NCBI GenBank assembly: GCA_963695875.1
Contig: CAVOID010000010.1
Coordinates: 128,001-192,000, forward strand
Reading direction: 5' to 3'
DNA from: an uncultured delta proteobacterium
Lineage (GTDB): Bacteria; Desulfobacterota; Syntrophia; Syntrophales; UBA2185
Length of the DNA: 64,000 nt
A program made the translations under genes and the position numbers. Shown here piece after piece: positions 34,156 to 43,251 of the stretch. Under the pieces are notes generated by a model that had not been told where the DNA came from, made no database searches, and worked only from the letters and a program-made list of their open reading frames with translations. Numbering within the stretch: position 1 is the stretch's first letter; each line of letters starts with the position of its first letter.

Positions 34156-35364
34156 TCACTCCGTAAAACAGTTTAACCATTTCGGTCCAGGTTCGTTATC
34201 CCCTGAGGCAATGGCATCTCGTGACGACCGGACAGCTTCGGCAAGCTCCCTCGCCTTGACGTCCCGGCCACCAAGTCCGACAATATAGTTATGGATAGGC
34301 AGACGGATATCCGTCCCGTAAAAGGCCGCCTTGAGTTCGGAACACAGCGCTCCTTCATATCCGTAACTGATCCCCTTTTCGAAGACAACAATAGCCTTTG
34401 TCTTCCTGAAAGCCTTTCTGACTTCTTCTTTCGGGAAAGGCCTGAAGATCCTGATTCCGACAACGCCTGCCCTGATGCCCTCTTCCCTCAGCATATCCGC
34501 TGCCGCAGTAGCCTCGTTGGCTACAGAGCCCATCCCCGTCAAAACCACCTCGGCATCATCCGTCTTGTATTGCCATAACATCCCACCATGATCTCTCCCG
34601 AAAGTCTCGGCGAATGTATGGCCGGTGGTAACAATCACATCACGGGATTCTTCAAGGATCTTCTGGAGCTTGTATCGCATCTCCATGTAACCATCGCACA
34701 GTACACCATCGGCATTGGCCCGGCGCCATGGAAAAAGGACAGGGTTGATATTCATGGGGGTCTCCGGCGACAGTATTGTGTGGGGCTTATAAGGGGGCAG
34801 GAAATCAGATACTAGCTCAGCATCAGGGATCTCCACGGGCATCATCGTATGGGACATAACAAAACCATCATAACAGATCATGACAGGAACATAAACAGAC
34901 TCGGCAATCCGGTATCCTTGGATGATGGAGTCGATGATTTCCTGATTGTCACGGCAGTAAATCTGAATCCAGCCTGTATCGCGCTGTGCGATTGAATCCT
35001 GCTGATCATTGAAAATTGTCCAGGGTGCGCCCACTCCCCGGTTTACGCAGCACATCACAATGGGCAGCCTGGAGCCGGCAGCCCAGTGGATCTGCTCATG
35101 CATGTAAAGAAGTCCCTGGGAACTGGTAGAGGTAAAGACACGTGCGCCCACGGTGGATGCCGATATGCAGACCGTGAGCGCCGAGTGCTCGGATTCGACG
35201 CGGATATATTCAGCCTTGAGTTCTCCGCCCTCAATAAACTGAGAAAGGATCTCCGTCACAGAGGTTTGCGGTGTAATAGGATAGGCGGCAACGACCTGAA
35301 CCTGGCTGAGTTTCGCCCCCAGGGCCGCGGCTTGATTGCCCGTCATGATCTGTACTTCAGCCAT
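34156..35364 (-). CDS. 2-oxoacid:ferredoxin oxidoreductase alpha subunit
   Basis: GNQAAA, AYPITPQT, ESEHSA, SSQGL, RPFP, GLGGRD. Confidence 0.93.
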   Translation of the reverse strand: MAEVQIMTGNQAAALGAKLSQVQVVAAYPITPQTSVTEILSQFIEGGELKAEYIRVESEHSALTVCISASTVGARVFTSTSSQGLLYMHEQIHWAAGSRLPIVMCCVNRGVGAPWTIFNDQQDSIAQRDTGWIQIYCRDNQEIIDSIIQGYRIAESVYVPVMICYDGFVMSHTMMPVEIPDAELVSDFLPPYKPHTILSPETPMNINPVLFPWRRANADGVLCDGYMEMRYKLQKILEESRDVIVTTGHTFAETFGRDHGGMLWQYKTDDAEVVLTGMGSVANEATAAADMLREEGIRAGVVGIRIFRPFPKEEVRKAFRKTKAIVVFEKGISYGYEGALCSELKAAFYGTDIRLPIHNYIVGLGGRDVKARELAEAVRSSRDAIASGDNEPGPKWLNCFTE

Positions 35365-35365
35365 C

Positions 35366-35665
35366 TTACTTAACCTCATTCACCATGGTGATCGCTTTTC
35401 CGGGACATTCCTCTGCGCAGATGCCGCAGCCTTTGCAGTATTCCAGGTTGATCTCCAGGGGAATCGTCGCTTTGATCACCCCTTCCGGACAATAGAGCCA
35501 GCAGAGGAAACATGCGGCCTTTTTCTTGATGCAGGGGATGCACTTGGAAGGATCATGAACCGGTCTCATGTCCCGCCAGTCCCCTGTTTTACCGGCCTCT
35601 CCGACGGCCGGTGTGGCCATGGCGGAAATATTTTCGTCTTTCTTCTTCACAAATGTTATCCTCAC
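35366..35665 (-). CDS. 2-oxoacid:ferredoxin oxidoreductase delta (ferredoxin) subunit
   Basis: KTGDWR..RP, CFLCWLYCP, CKGCGICAEECP. Confidence 0.92.
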   Translation of the reverse strand: MRITFVKKKDENISAMATPAVGEAGKTGDWRDMRPVHDPSKCIPCIKKKAACFLCWLYCPEGVIKATIPLEINLEYCKGCGICAEECPGKAITMVNEVK

Positions 35666-36228
35666 ATGATGGCTTTCATTAAAGTCTGTTCAAATGCATC
35701 CCGCAGGGCCGCGACATTGGCGGCAGAAACCGCGCTGGACAACTTACATTTCAGTCCTTTTTCCATTGCCTCCAGGGATACCAGGCCTGATGCCCTGGCA
35801 AAGGCCCCCAGCATCGGGGTATTGACGATCGGTTTCCCCTCCCTAATCAAGCGGTGTTTCAGAGCAACGCCTCCGGCATTAACTGTGGCAATACTGATTT
35901 TTGCGTTTAGTTGCATGTCATCGGGCTTCAACGGGGTGTTAATGATGATCAGTCCCCCTTCCTTGAGCGTTCCCAGGATGTTTACTACAGAAATTAAAGA
36001 TGGATCCAAAACGACGGAGATATCTGCATGTTCGATTTGCGAGACCATCCGGATAGGATCCGATGATATCCTGGTTGAAGCCGTCAGCGGGGCGCCTCTT
36101 CTTTCCGGGCCGAAGGTCGGCGCAGAGGTGACCCCCTTGAATCCTTGAAAATAAGCTGCTTCAGCCAGAATCTGGGCCGCGATCACAACACCCTGACCGC
36201 CCCTGCCATGCCATATCACTTCGTGCAT
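35662..36228 (-). CDS. 2-oxoacid:ferredoxin oxidoreductase gamma subunit
   Basis: HGRGGQG, FGPERRGAP, NTPMLGA. Confidence 0.93.
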   Translation of the reverse strand: MHEVIWHGRGGQGVVIAAQILAEAAYFQGFKGVTSAPTFGPERRGAPLTASTRISSDPIRMVSQIEHADISVVLDPSLISVVNILGTLKEGGLIIINTPLKPDDMQLNAKISIATVNAGGVALKHRLIREGKPIVNTPMLGAFARASGLVSLEAMEKGLKCKLSSAVSAANVAALRDAFEQTLMKAIM

Positions 36229-36283
36229 ATTACCTGCCCTTCAAGAATTGACGATCTCAAAAAAACAACCCGGTCTAATGACA

Positions 36284-36460
36284 GACTGCTTTGTAAAAAG
36301 CTCCAGAGGCAAGGCGCACGCCTGAGGAATGAGGCGTACAAAGACGTACGCTGTAATAGTTGCGAGGCACAGCCGAAGTAAACTCGGAGATTCCTCGCTT
36401 TGCTCGGAACAGGCTCCGGATGAAGCACAACGCAGCATATGGACTTTTTTACGAAGTCGT
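36284..36460 (+). mobile_element. Family A MITE-like element
   Basis: Ends GCTTTGTAAAAAG / CTTTTTTACGAAGT; core GCAAGGCGC...TGAGGCGTACAAAGACGTACG...CAACGCAGCATATGGA shared with 58407-58530. Confidence 0.7.
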
Positions 36461-36467
36461 AAAGAAT

Positions 36468-36504
36468 AAAAAAAGGCCATGGAATTTTTACCCATGGCCC
36501 TTAG
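36468..36504 (-). terminator. Attenuator terminator upstream of the oxidoreductase operon
   Basis: Minus strand GGCCAUGG-guaaaaauu-CCAUGGCC-UUUUUUU. Confidence 0.8.
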
Positions 36505-36523
36505 GATGATATATGAATGTTTA

Positions 36524-36640
36524 TTATCTTTTCCTAAAAACGACGGGCGCCGGGAATTGACCCGGCAAAAGAAGAGCGAGGAGATACAAGCGATCTTCAC
36601 TCAATCTGTTAAACTCTCTTCTTTTTATACTGCTTGTCAT
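36524..36640 (-). CDS. Putative leucine-rich leader peptide (38 aa; below ORF-track cutoff)
   Basis: Own translation MTSSIKRREFNRLSEDRLYLLALLLPGQFPAPVVFRKR*, lying between a promoter and a terminator. Confidence 0.65.
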   Translation of the reverse strand: MTSSIKRREFNRLSEDRLYLLALLLPGQFPAPVVFRKR

Positions 36641-36671
36641 TTTCAGGAACACTCTGTAACAATTTTTCGCG

Positions 36672-36700
36672 AACATAGAATAAATGACGGTCTATGTCAA
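36672..36700 (-). promoter_or_regulatory. Sigma70-type promoter for leader and oxidoreductase operon
   Basis: TTGACA-17 nt-TATGTT on minus strand. Confidence 0.65.
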
Positions 36701-36720
36701 CAGGTAAATTTTGGGAAACC

Positions 36721-38658
36721 TTATCGGGTCTTTGTATTTTGAGTAAGGGCAACTTGAAGGTTGTTGTACGCCTCCTTATAGTCCGGCCTTATCCATAGCG
36801 CCTCCCGAAAATGGGCAATAGCCTCAGTCACTTTACCCTTGCGAGCCAAGGCAATTCCTAGATTGTTGTGCGCTTCCGCATAATCAGGCTTTATCTCCAA
36901 GGCCATCGTAAAATATTTCCCGGCCTCATCATGATTTCCTTGTTTGGCCAATACCCTTCCCAACAGATACGGTATCTCCGGATCAGAAGGGAGAATCTTG
37001 AGTGCCTCACGTAACTGTGAAACAGCATCATCGAGATTCCCCTTCTGCATCAGGGCAATGCCCAAATTTTTGTGCGCTTCTGCATAGTCAGGCTTGGCCT
37101 GCAGCGCCTTATAGAAATAGGTCATAGCCAGATCATGATTTCCGCGCATCGCGGCATTTACACCAAGGTTGAGGTTCGTTTTCGCGTCGGAAGGCTTTAT
37201 CCGGATCGCCTCCAGAAATTGCGAATTAGCCTGATCAAGATTTCCAATGTGCACGAGGGCTAGCCCTAGGTTGTAGTGCGCCCAGTAATTATTCGCAGTA
37301 ACTTTTACAGCATGCTCATAGAGGGCAATATCGTCCCGCCAATATCGGACCTGAACCCACGTAACAATTATCAGGATGGAAAGGGATGTTGAAGCGAGCA
37401 AAACGAGCGCATTCCTGCGATAGGGCCATTTAGCCAGGAGATCGGGAACACCCCAGGCAATCATGATAAAGAGACCGATGTAAGACACGTAGGTATATCG
37501 ATCAGCCATGGATTGCAGTCCCACCTGCACCAATCCGATCACCGGTACCAGCGTTCCCAAGTACCACAGCCATCCCACAATCAGATAAGGTTTTTTTAGC
37601 ACATATAGAAGAAGTATAGTAATGGATACGAGCAGCAACCCGGCTCCGGCAACCTGCCATACGGCCAGGGCGTCTCCCGGATGAGGATAAAAGATGGCCA
37701 GGTTTGTAGGCCAGAGCATCTTTCCTATGTATGCGGCATAAGATACCAAGGCATTTTCTATCCGGGCTTGAAGTGAATACTGTTCTATGGATTTCACGAC
37801 TCCTGTCCGTGACTGGACGATCAGGACCACAATACTTGCCCCTGCCGCCATGACAAAAAGAGGCAATTTTTCTTTGACCAGAGGGATAAGAAGGGACCAT
37901 TTATAAACAGAAGTTGGTGCTTTCTGAGTCTGGACCTCATTCCTTACTATAACCTTTTGATGTTTCTTTTTCTTGTCCGCACGCCTTTGCGTTTCGGATT
38001 TGTCGGGACGGCTGGATATGCCTGATTTTTGCATATCTAATCGGCCGAGAGGCCAGTAATCAAGAAGCAGGAGTATAAAGGGCAGGGTAACCAGCATTTG
38101 TTTTGCCATGAGACCCAGGGCAAAAAAAAGAACGACCGGCAAATATCGGCCTGCTTTAGGATTTTCCACATAGCGGACGTAACAGAATATGGTAAGGAAT
38201 AAGAAAAGGGTGCTGAGGACATCCTTTCGTTCTGATATCCACGCCACGGACTCTACGTGGAGTGGGTGGATGGCGAAGAGCGCTGCAACGAAGGCGCTCT
38301 GCCATATCGCTCCCGTCATCCGCCTGAAAACCAGAAATAATAAGAGGGTATTCGCAATGTGGAATACAAGATTGATCAGATGATGGCCCCCAGGTTTCAG
38401 ACCGAATAGCTGGACGTCCATCATATGGGACAACGATGTCAACGGATGCCAGTTGAACGCATGCACAGACGTGAAAGCCCACGCCACGCCGTCGACGGTC
38501 AATCCATTCCGGACATGGTAGTTCTCCGTAACATATTCAGGGTCATCGAAGGTGATAAAGCCATCATTCGTAACCTGCCAGAAAACTGCAAAGGTAACTA
38601 CCGCCAGAAAAAGACATATGAATAACGCGAGTCGATTGTCATGTATTTTATCAGTCAC
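36721..38658 (-). CDS. TMTC-like GT-C fold membrane glycosyltransferase with C-terminal TPRs
   Basis: FDD in first loop, WHPLT, HPLHVESVAWISERKD, MADRYTY, many TM helices, TPR tail. Confidence 0.8.
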   Translation of the reverse strand: MTDKIHDNRLALFICLFLAVVTFAVFWQVTNDGFITFDDPEYVTENYHVRNGLTVDGVAWAFTSVHAFNWHPLTSLSHMMDVQLFGLKPGGHHLINLVFHIANTLLLFLVFRRMTGAIWQSAFVAALFAIHPLHVESVAWISERKDVLSTLFLFLTIFCYVRYVENPKAGRYLPVVLFFALGLMAKQMLVTLPFILLLLDYWPLGRLDMQKSGISSRPDKSETQRRADKKKKHQKVIVRNEVQTQKAPTSVYKWSLLIPLVKEKLPLFVMAAGASIVVLIVQSRTGVVKSIEQYSLQARIENALVSYAAYIGKMLWPTNLAIFYPHPGDALAVWQVAGAGLLLVSITILLLYVLKKPYLIVGWLWYLGTLVPVIGLVQVGLQSMADRYTYVSYIGLFIMIAWGVPDLLAKWPYRRNALVLLASTSLSILIIVTWVQVRYWRDDIALYEHAVKVTANNYWAHYNLGLALVHIGNLDQANSQFLEAIRIKPSDAKTNLNLGVNAAMRGNHDLAMTYFYKALQAKPDYAEAHKNLGIALMQKGNLDDAVSQLREALKILPSDPEIPYLLGRVLAKQGNHDEAGKYFTMALEIKPDYAEAHNNLGIALARKGKVTEAIAHFREALWIRPDYKEAYNNLQVALTQNTKTR

Positions 38659-40332
38659 TGGGAGGACAACCTTGATTCGATGGGATTCACCCCCGGCCGG
38701 GTCTTCCGGGTCTGATTGATAAGTGTCTCCATCTTCTCAACGAGAGGTGGAAGTGATTCAGGATGGAGAGCAGATATTGCTAAGGCGTCAAACATCCGGC
38801 AGAGATTTTTAAGGATTGCTTTGTCGGGAAAGCGATCCTCTTTGTTAAAAACGCGGATGGTCGGTTTTCTAATTATGTCGAGTTCCTCAAGTATCTTCTC
38901 GACTGCCGCTATGTGACTCTCAAAATTCGGGTTGCTGACGTCAATTACATGAAGCAGGACATCGGCTTCCTGGAGTTCATCGAGGGTCGCTCGGAAGGCA
39001 GCGAAAAGATCCCGGGGAAGATCCCGGATGAATCCCACCGTGTCGGTTATGATGGCTTCCGTATCCCGCGGGAAGCGGAGTCGCGAGCTTTTGGGATCAA
39101 GTGTCGCAAACAGGCGGTCCTCTGTAAAAACGTCGCTTTTTGTAAGTGTATTCAGGAGAGTGGATTTGCCTGCATTTGTGTAGCCGACAATGGAGATGAC
39201 GGGAAGTCGCATCCTCTCCCGTTTGATCCGGCGCTGTCCCCTTGCCTTTTCAATCTGCCTGGAGCTCCCGTTCGAGGCGGTGGATTCGATCCCTGACACG
39301 GCGCCGGTTGATCTCAAGCTTTGTCTCTCCGGGCCCCCTTCCCCCGATGCCTCCCGTAAGCCTTGACATGGCCGTGTTTTTCGTAACCAGCCTGGGAAGC
39401 AGGTACTTCAACTGGGCGAGCTCTACCTGGAGTTTGCCTTCCATGCTGTGGGCGCGCCGGGCAAAGATATCGAGAATTACCTGGGTGCGGTCGATGACTT
39501 TCATCTCCGTAAAATCGGCAATCGATCGGATCTGCGCCGGTGTCAGTTCATGGTCGAAGATGAGGAGATTGGCGCCTATCTGCAAGGCCCGGATGACAAG
39601 CTCCGAGATTTTTCCCCTGCCGAGGATGTATCGGGGATCTATCTGCTCACGGTACTGGATGACTGTATCGAAGACCTCAACCCCGCATGACCGGGCAAGT
39701 TCCTTCAGCTCGTTGAGAGAGGCCTGGCTGTCAGCAAGGGGATTCGTCTCCACGCGGATTAGAATGGCACGGTCGACGGAATCTACTTTCCGGGTCTTCT
39801 GCTTTCTTGCAAATTCGCTCTCCAGGGTCTGGATGAAGGCGGCAAAGTCGAGGTGCATCTCCGACGGCCGGTCCTTCTCCATGATAAACCAGTATCTCCC
39901 TTCCGGGTTTTCCGGGATCAGATGGGCCGTGTGGGCATACCCGGGCAGTCCATCCTCCTCCGCCTCAACGGCACAGACGAGATCGAGGCGCAGGAGCGCC
40001 AGGTCCGTCAGGTCATCGGTGGTGAGACCCTCGCCGTTTAGATGGGTATGGATCAGGCGAAGTCCCTTGAAGCGGGTGGAAGAAGAACGAAACCCGTCGA
40101 GGCCGGGGATCATGATTTCCTTGTGTGAACCGACTATCACGTAGGCGATCTCGCCTCTGCGGCTGATCAGGATGCCGATCTGACGGTTGATTTCCCGGGA
40201 AAGAGAGGTAAGTGATCTCGCCAGTTCGTGGGTAACGATGCGTTCCGGAGGTACTTTCCTCCGGTAGAGCTGATCGATCCTTCTGATCTGTTCCGCCCCG
40301 AGACCGGTCAGGTTGCCATAGACTCTATCGAT
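38655..40332 (-). CDS. hflX: GTPase HflX, long N-terminal form (frameshift near 39255; start uncertain)
   Basis: LIHTHL, DRTQVILDIFARRA, GGRGPGETKLE, GYTNAGKST, DTVGF, NKED. Confidence 0.93.
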
Positions 40333-40549
40333 TGCCGGCCCCCTTGCTTTCAGCCGCCCGTGCCGCCATTCTCCTGGCCAGGCGTTCCTCATATCTTTCC
40401 CGGCTGTGGAAACTGGTGCGCCCTATCAACTTCTTCGGATTAAGAGCCCCGCATGCGGGACAGGCGAGACCTTCCTGACCTTCCCCGACTTTCATAAGAC
40501 GTTCAAAGATATGCTTGCAGGTACTGCATTCAAATTCATAGATCGGCAT
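40325..40549 (-). CDS. FmdB family zinc-ribbon protein
   Basis: MPIYEFECSTC...CPACG. Confidence 0.88.
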   Translation of the reverse strand: MPIYEFECSTCKHIFERLMKVGEGQEGLACPACGALNPKKLIGRTSFHSRERYEERLARRMAARAAESKGAGNR

Positions 40550-40639
40550 GTAAAACTCACTACGTTTTGATCAAATGTCATAATTCTAAATATGATTCTC
40601 AATTCACATTGAGATACTTTAATTTCAAGCGACTCACTT

Positions 40640-40711
40640 TGTCATTACGAGCAAAGCGAGAAATCTTGTCTTCTTATGTTATCAAGATTTCTCCCTGCGG
40701 TCGAAATGACA
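40640..40711. repeat. Family B palindromic element
   Basis: TGTCATTACGA...GAGAAATCTTG / CAAGATTTCTC...TCGAAATGACA. Confidence 0.7.
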
Positions 40712-40787
40712 ATCTTGTAAAGAGATCTAAGATTTTAATTAAAATTAACATACAGTAATTTGCGGGTCAAGGGGGATTTTGGTCATG

Positions 40788-40820
40788 AAAAAACCCCGGA
40801 GGGTTATCCCCCCGGGGCTC
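40788..40820 (-). terminator. Intrinsic terminator after porin gene
   Basis: Minus strand CCCCGG...CCGGGG stem followed by U run. Confidence 0.75.
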
Positions 40821-40850
40821 TTTGTGGTTAAACGTCCAATAACGACCGGA

Positions 40851-42311
40851 TTAGAAGCTGAGGGTCAGCTTGTGCGTCAAGAGATAGTCGTTATTGACAG
40901 TAGCTGCGGCCTGGGTGCCTTTCCAGAAGTCACCTGCCCAGAGGTAGCCGAACCCGACCATGTAGCTCAGGTTGTCATAGATCTTGTACGTTGCCGTAAG
41001 ATCACCTTCCCAGCCGTAGTCTTTAGAAATCCAGCCGTTGTGTCACGGGTTTATCCGCTTTTGCCCAGGTGACGGCCAGCCTTTACATCCAGTTTGGGTA
41101 TAGGCTTGATGCCTACGAATACCTGCACGATATAGGCATTGCTGATACCGGCGGCGCCCGTTGACGAGTTATTGTCGGGGGCCAACTGCAGTCGGCATAA
41201 CGGGCATCAACCCAGACCGCCGTTCCATCTCATCGAATCGTAGTTGAAGAGCATCAGGCAGGGGTTGAAGTCAGTGCCGCCAGGCTGACCGGCCGTATTG
41301 GTTGTGTTGGGCGAGCCGGAGACTGCCGGGCTGTCACCCTCTACATAGACGAACGTAGCGCCGACATAGGCCGGTTTGATATCTACGCTGGCCATGGCAT
41401 AACCGGACCAGCCATTGAGTGTGACATCACCGTGTAGTGTTGAACGGCATCGCTTTCATAAGCGACTGTCTTGCCGTAACGGTAAATGACCTCACCCTCT
41501 GTATAGACGGGACCAAACTGCGCCTTCCAGTAGGGCAGGAACAGCCAGTACTTCGTTTTGTACCCGTTGTCCGACCGGAGCAGTAGGTCGCACCGCTGGT
41601 GGTAGTCATTCCACACGTACTTGACGAGGAGACCGGCATTCCCCTTGGCCCAGGTGTAGACGAAGGCGGCCGCGGGGGCATCCTCCTGCGCATCTACCTG
41701 CGCACCGGCATTACTGGGACTGATTGAAGGGGACTGGGTTTCGTTCCCTCGTACCAGTCATAGCAGGGCTATAAGTGTCCAGGGACCGGTGAAGTAATCG
41801 TATCTGATCCTGGGACCGAAAACGAGGTCGCCGGAATCACCGAATGTAGGTGCCCCATGCGGTCTGCGTCTGGTAACCAACCCTCACACGGCCGCCGAGG
41901 ATATTGGCGGTCACATACACATTGTTGAACCTGATGTTTTCCAGCTTCCTGGTTATAGGCTTCCTGCTGAGCCGTACCAGTGGCACTAAAAGGGTTGATT
42001 CGTCTATGGTACGATGTTGTATGGCCAACGCCCCATACCCTTTCCATGATATCGGCCCTGGTCACCAGTTTCAGGCCTTCCGCTACCTGGAAGTCCGTCT
42101 GAAGCCTTAACCTCTGCCACATATCGGATATGGATGCACCCTCACGGGAGCTCGACTGTAGCCAGTATCATCATCTTGACAGGGCGCGGTTGCTGTCGTA
42201 ATAACCCTGTACGATATACGTGCCGCTGAACTTCACGTCAGCGCCCAATACGGGCATGGTGAAGGCCATGATCAGCCCAACTGATAGTAAAACTATCCAA
42301 AACTTTCTCAT
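40851..42311 (-). CDS. Outer-membrane beta-barrel porin-like protein, heavily frameshifted
   Basis: MRKFWIVLLSVGLIMAFTMPV signal, DVKFSG start, QRLRLQTDFQVAEGLKLVTR, C-terminal LTHKLTLSF with terminal Phe. Confidence 0.75.
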
Positions 42312-42473
42312 TTTTTTCCTCCTGTTTACTGTTTGTTAAATCGATCTTTCCGGGCATGTAGAATGAAAGATCATCCTTTTCTCAAACTACTTTTCCGGCC
42401 TGCGGGGTTTCCCGAGGCCTCTTCATTGAACCCTTTATCACCTCCTTTCTTTGAAGTTCCTAATTCTTGAAAT

Positions 42474-42502
42474 TTTCTAACACCGCCAAAATTCATTGTC
42501 AA
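42474..42502 (-). promoter_or_regulatory. Sigma70-type promoter of porin gene
   Basis: TTGACA-17 nt-TAGAAA on minus strand. Confidence 0.55.
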
Positions 42503-42524
42503 GAATTTTTGCCGGCATTTAAAA

Positions 42525-42571
42525 AAATCCACTCTTGACCCCCCTTTGCTAAAGGGGGGATGGGGGGATTT
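42525..42571. repeat. Family C palindrome
   Basis: AAATCC...CCCCCCTTT-GCT-AAAGGGGGG...GGATTT. Confidence 0.65.
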
Positions 42572-42741
42572 CCCACGGGAGCTGGTCTAATAATCGCCCC
42601 CGGTCTTGTTTTGCCTAGCAATCCGTGTACCAACAAGAAGATCCATTCCTTCCGGAAGAGTTTCAATACCTGTAATGAACTGAAAATAAAAGGGAAAATA
42701 CCTAAAAAAGTTCAGCCGCAGGGGAAAAAGAAGATTATGTA

Positions 42742-42896
42742 TGAGAATTTTGAGAAGCTGCATCTGATGCCATTGCGACCAATCAATTGTCATTTCGACC
42801 AAAGGGAGAAATATTATAAGCTATTGACAATACTAAATATTGCCACGTCGCTTCACTCCTCGCAATGACCTGGTGTGCAACTATTCAAAATCCTCA
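42742..42896. repeat. Family B element inside an outer imperfect inverted repeat
   Basis: GTCATTTCGACC...CGCAATGAC (42789-42869) within TGAGAATTTTGAGAAGCTGCA / TGCAACTATTCAAAATCCTCA. Confidence 0.65.
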
Positions 42897-43025
42897 AACG
42901 TGAACCAGGAGTGTGTCAAAAAGAACACACAATAAATTGATTAGCTTGAATTTTTACAACATGATTTGATAATTTTTTATCATGTCCATATCCATTTTAA
43001 TAAAAGCTTAGCATAATCCAGAGCA

Positions 43026-43104
43026 GTCATTGCGAGTGAAGCGAAGATATCTCGTAATCAATTGATATAATGAGATCGCTACGTCGCTATCACCTCGTGA
43101 TGAC
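43026..43104. repeat. Family B palindromic element
   Basis: GTCATTGCGAG...ATCTC / GAGAT...CTCGTGATGAC. Confidence 0.7.
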
Positions 43105-43192
43105 TCGCGACGACTATGCAACGATTTTCTAAGTATGTCAGCCCAGCATTGCAAGACAATTCACCGATCAGCATAAGAAGAGGAAATTATAA

Positions 43193-43220
43193 GTCAACCT
43201 AATTATAATTTAGGTTGACA
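43193..43220. promoter_or_regulatory. BirA operator overlapping -35 box
   Basis: GTCAACCTAA-TTATAAT-TTAGGTTGAC palindrome; right arm contains TTGACA; about 30 nt before birA. Confidence 0.85.
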
Positions 43221-43251
43221 ATTAACCGAGTGGGATGATAAGAGCGACGCC

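Noticed and set aside
36241..36600. 119-aa minus-strand ORF and 87-aa plus-strand ORF over the attenuator region
   Set aside because: They run through a terminator and, for the longer one, a MITE; the Leu-rich frame 36640-36524 explains the region better.
42560..42868. ORFs 42560-42868 (+) and 42587-42802 (-)
   Set aside because: They begin or end inside palindromic repeats and lack recognisable motifs.
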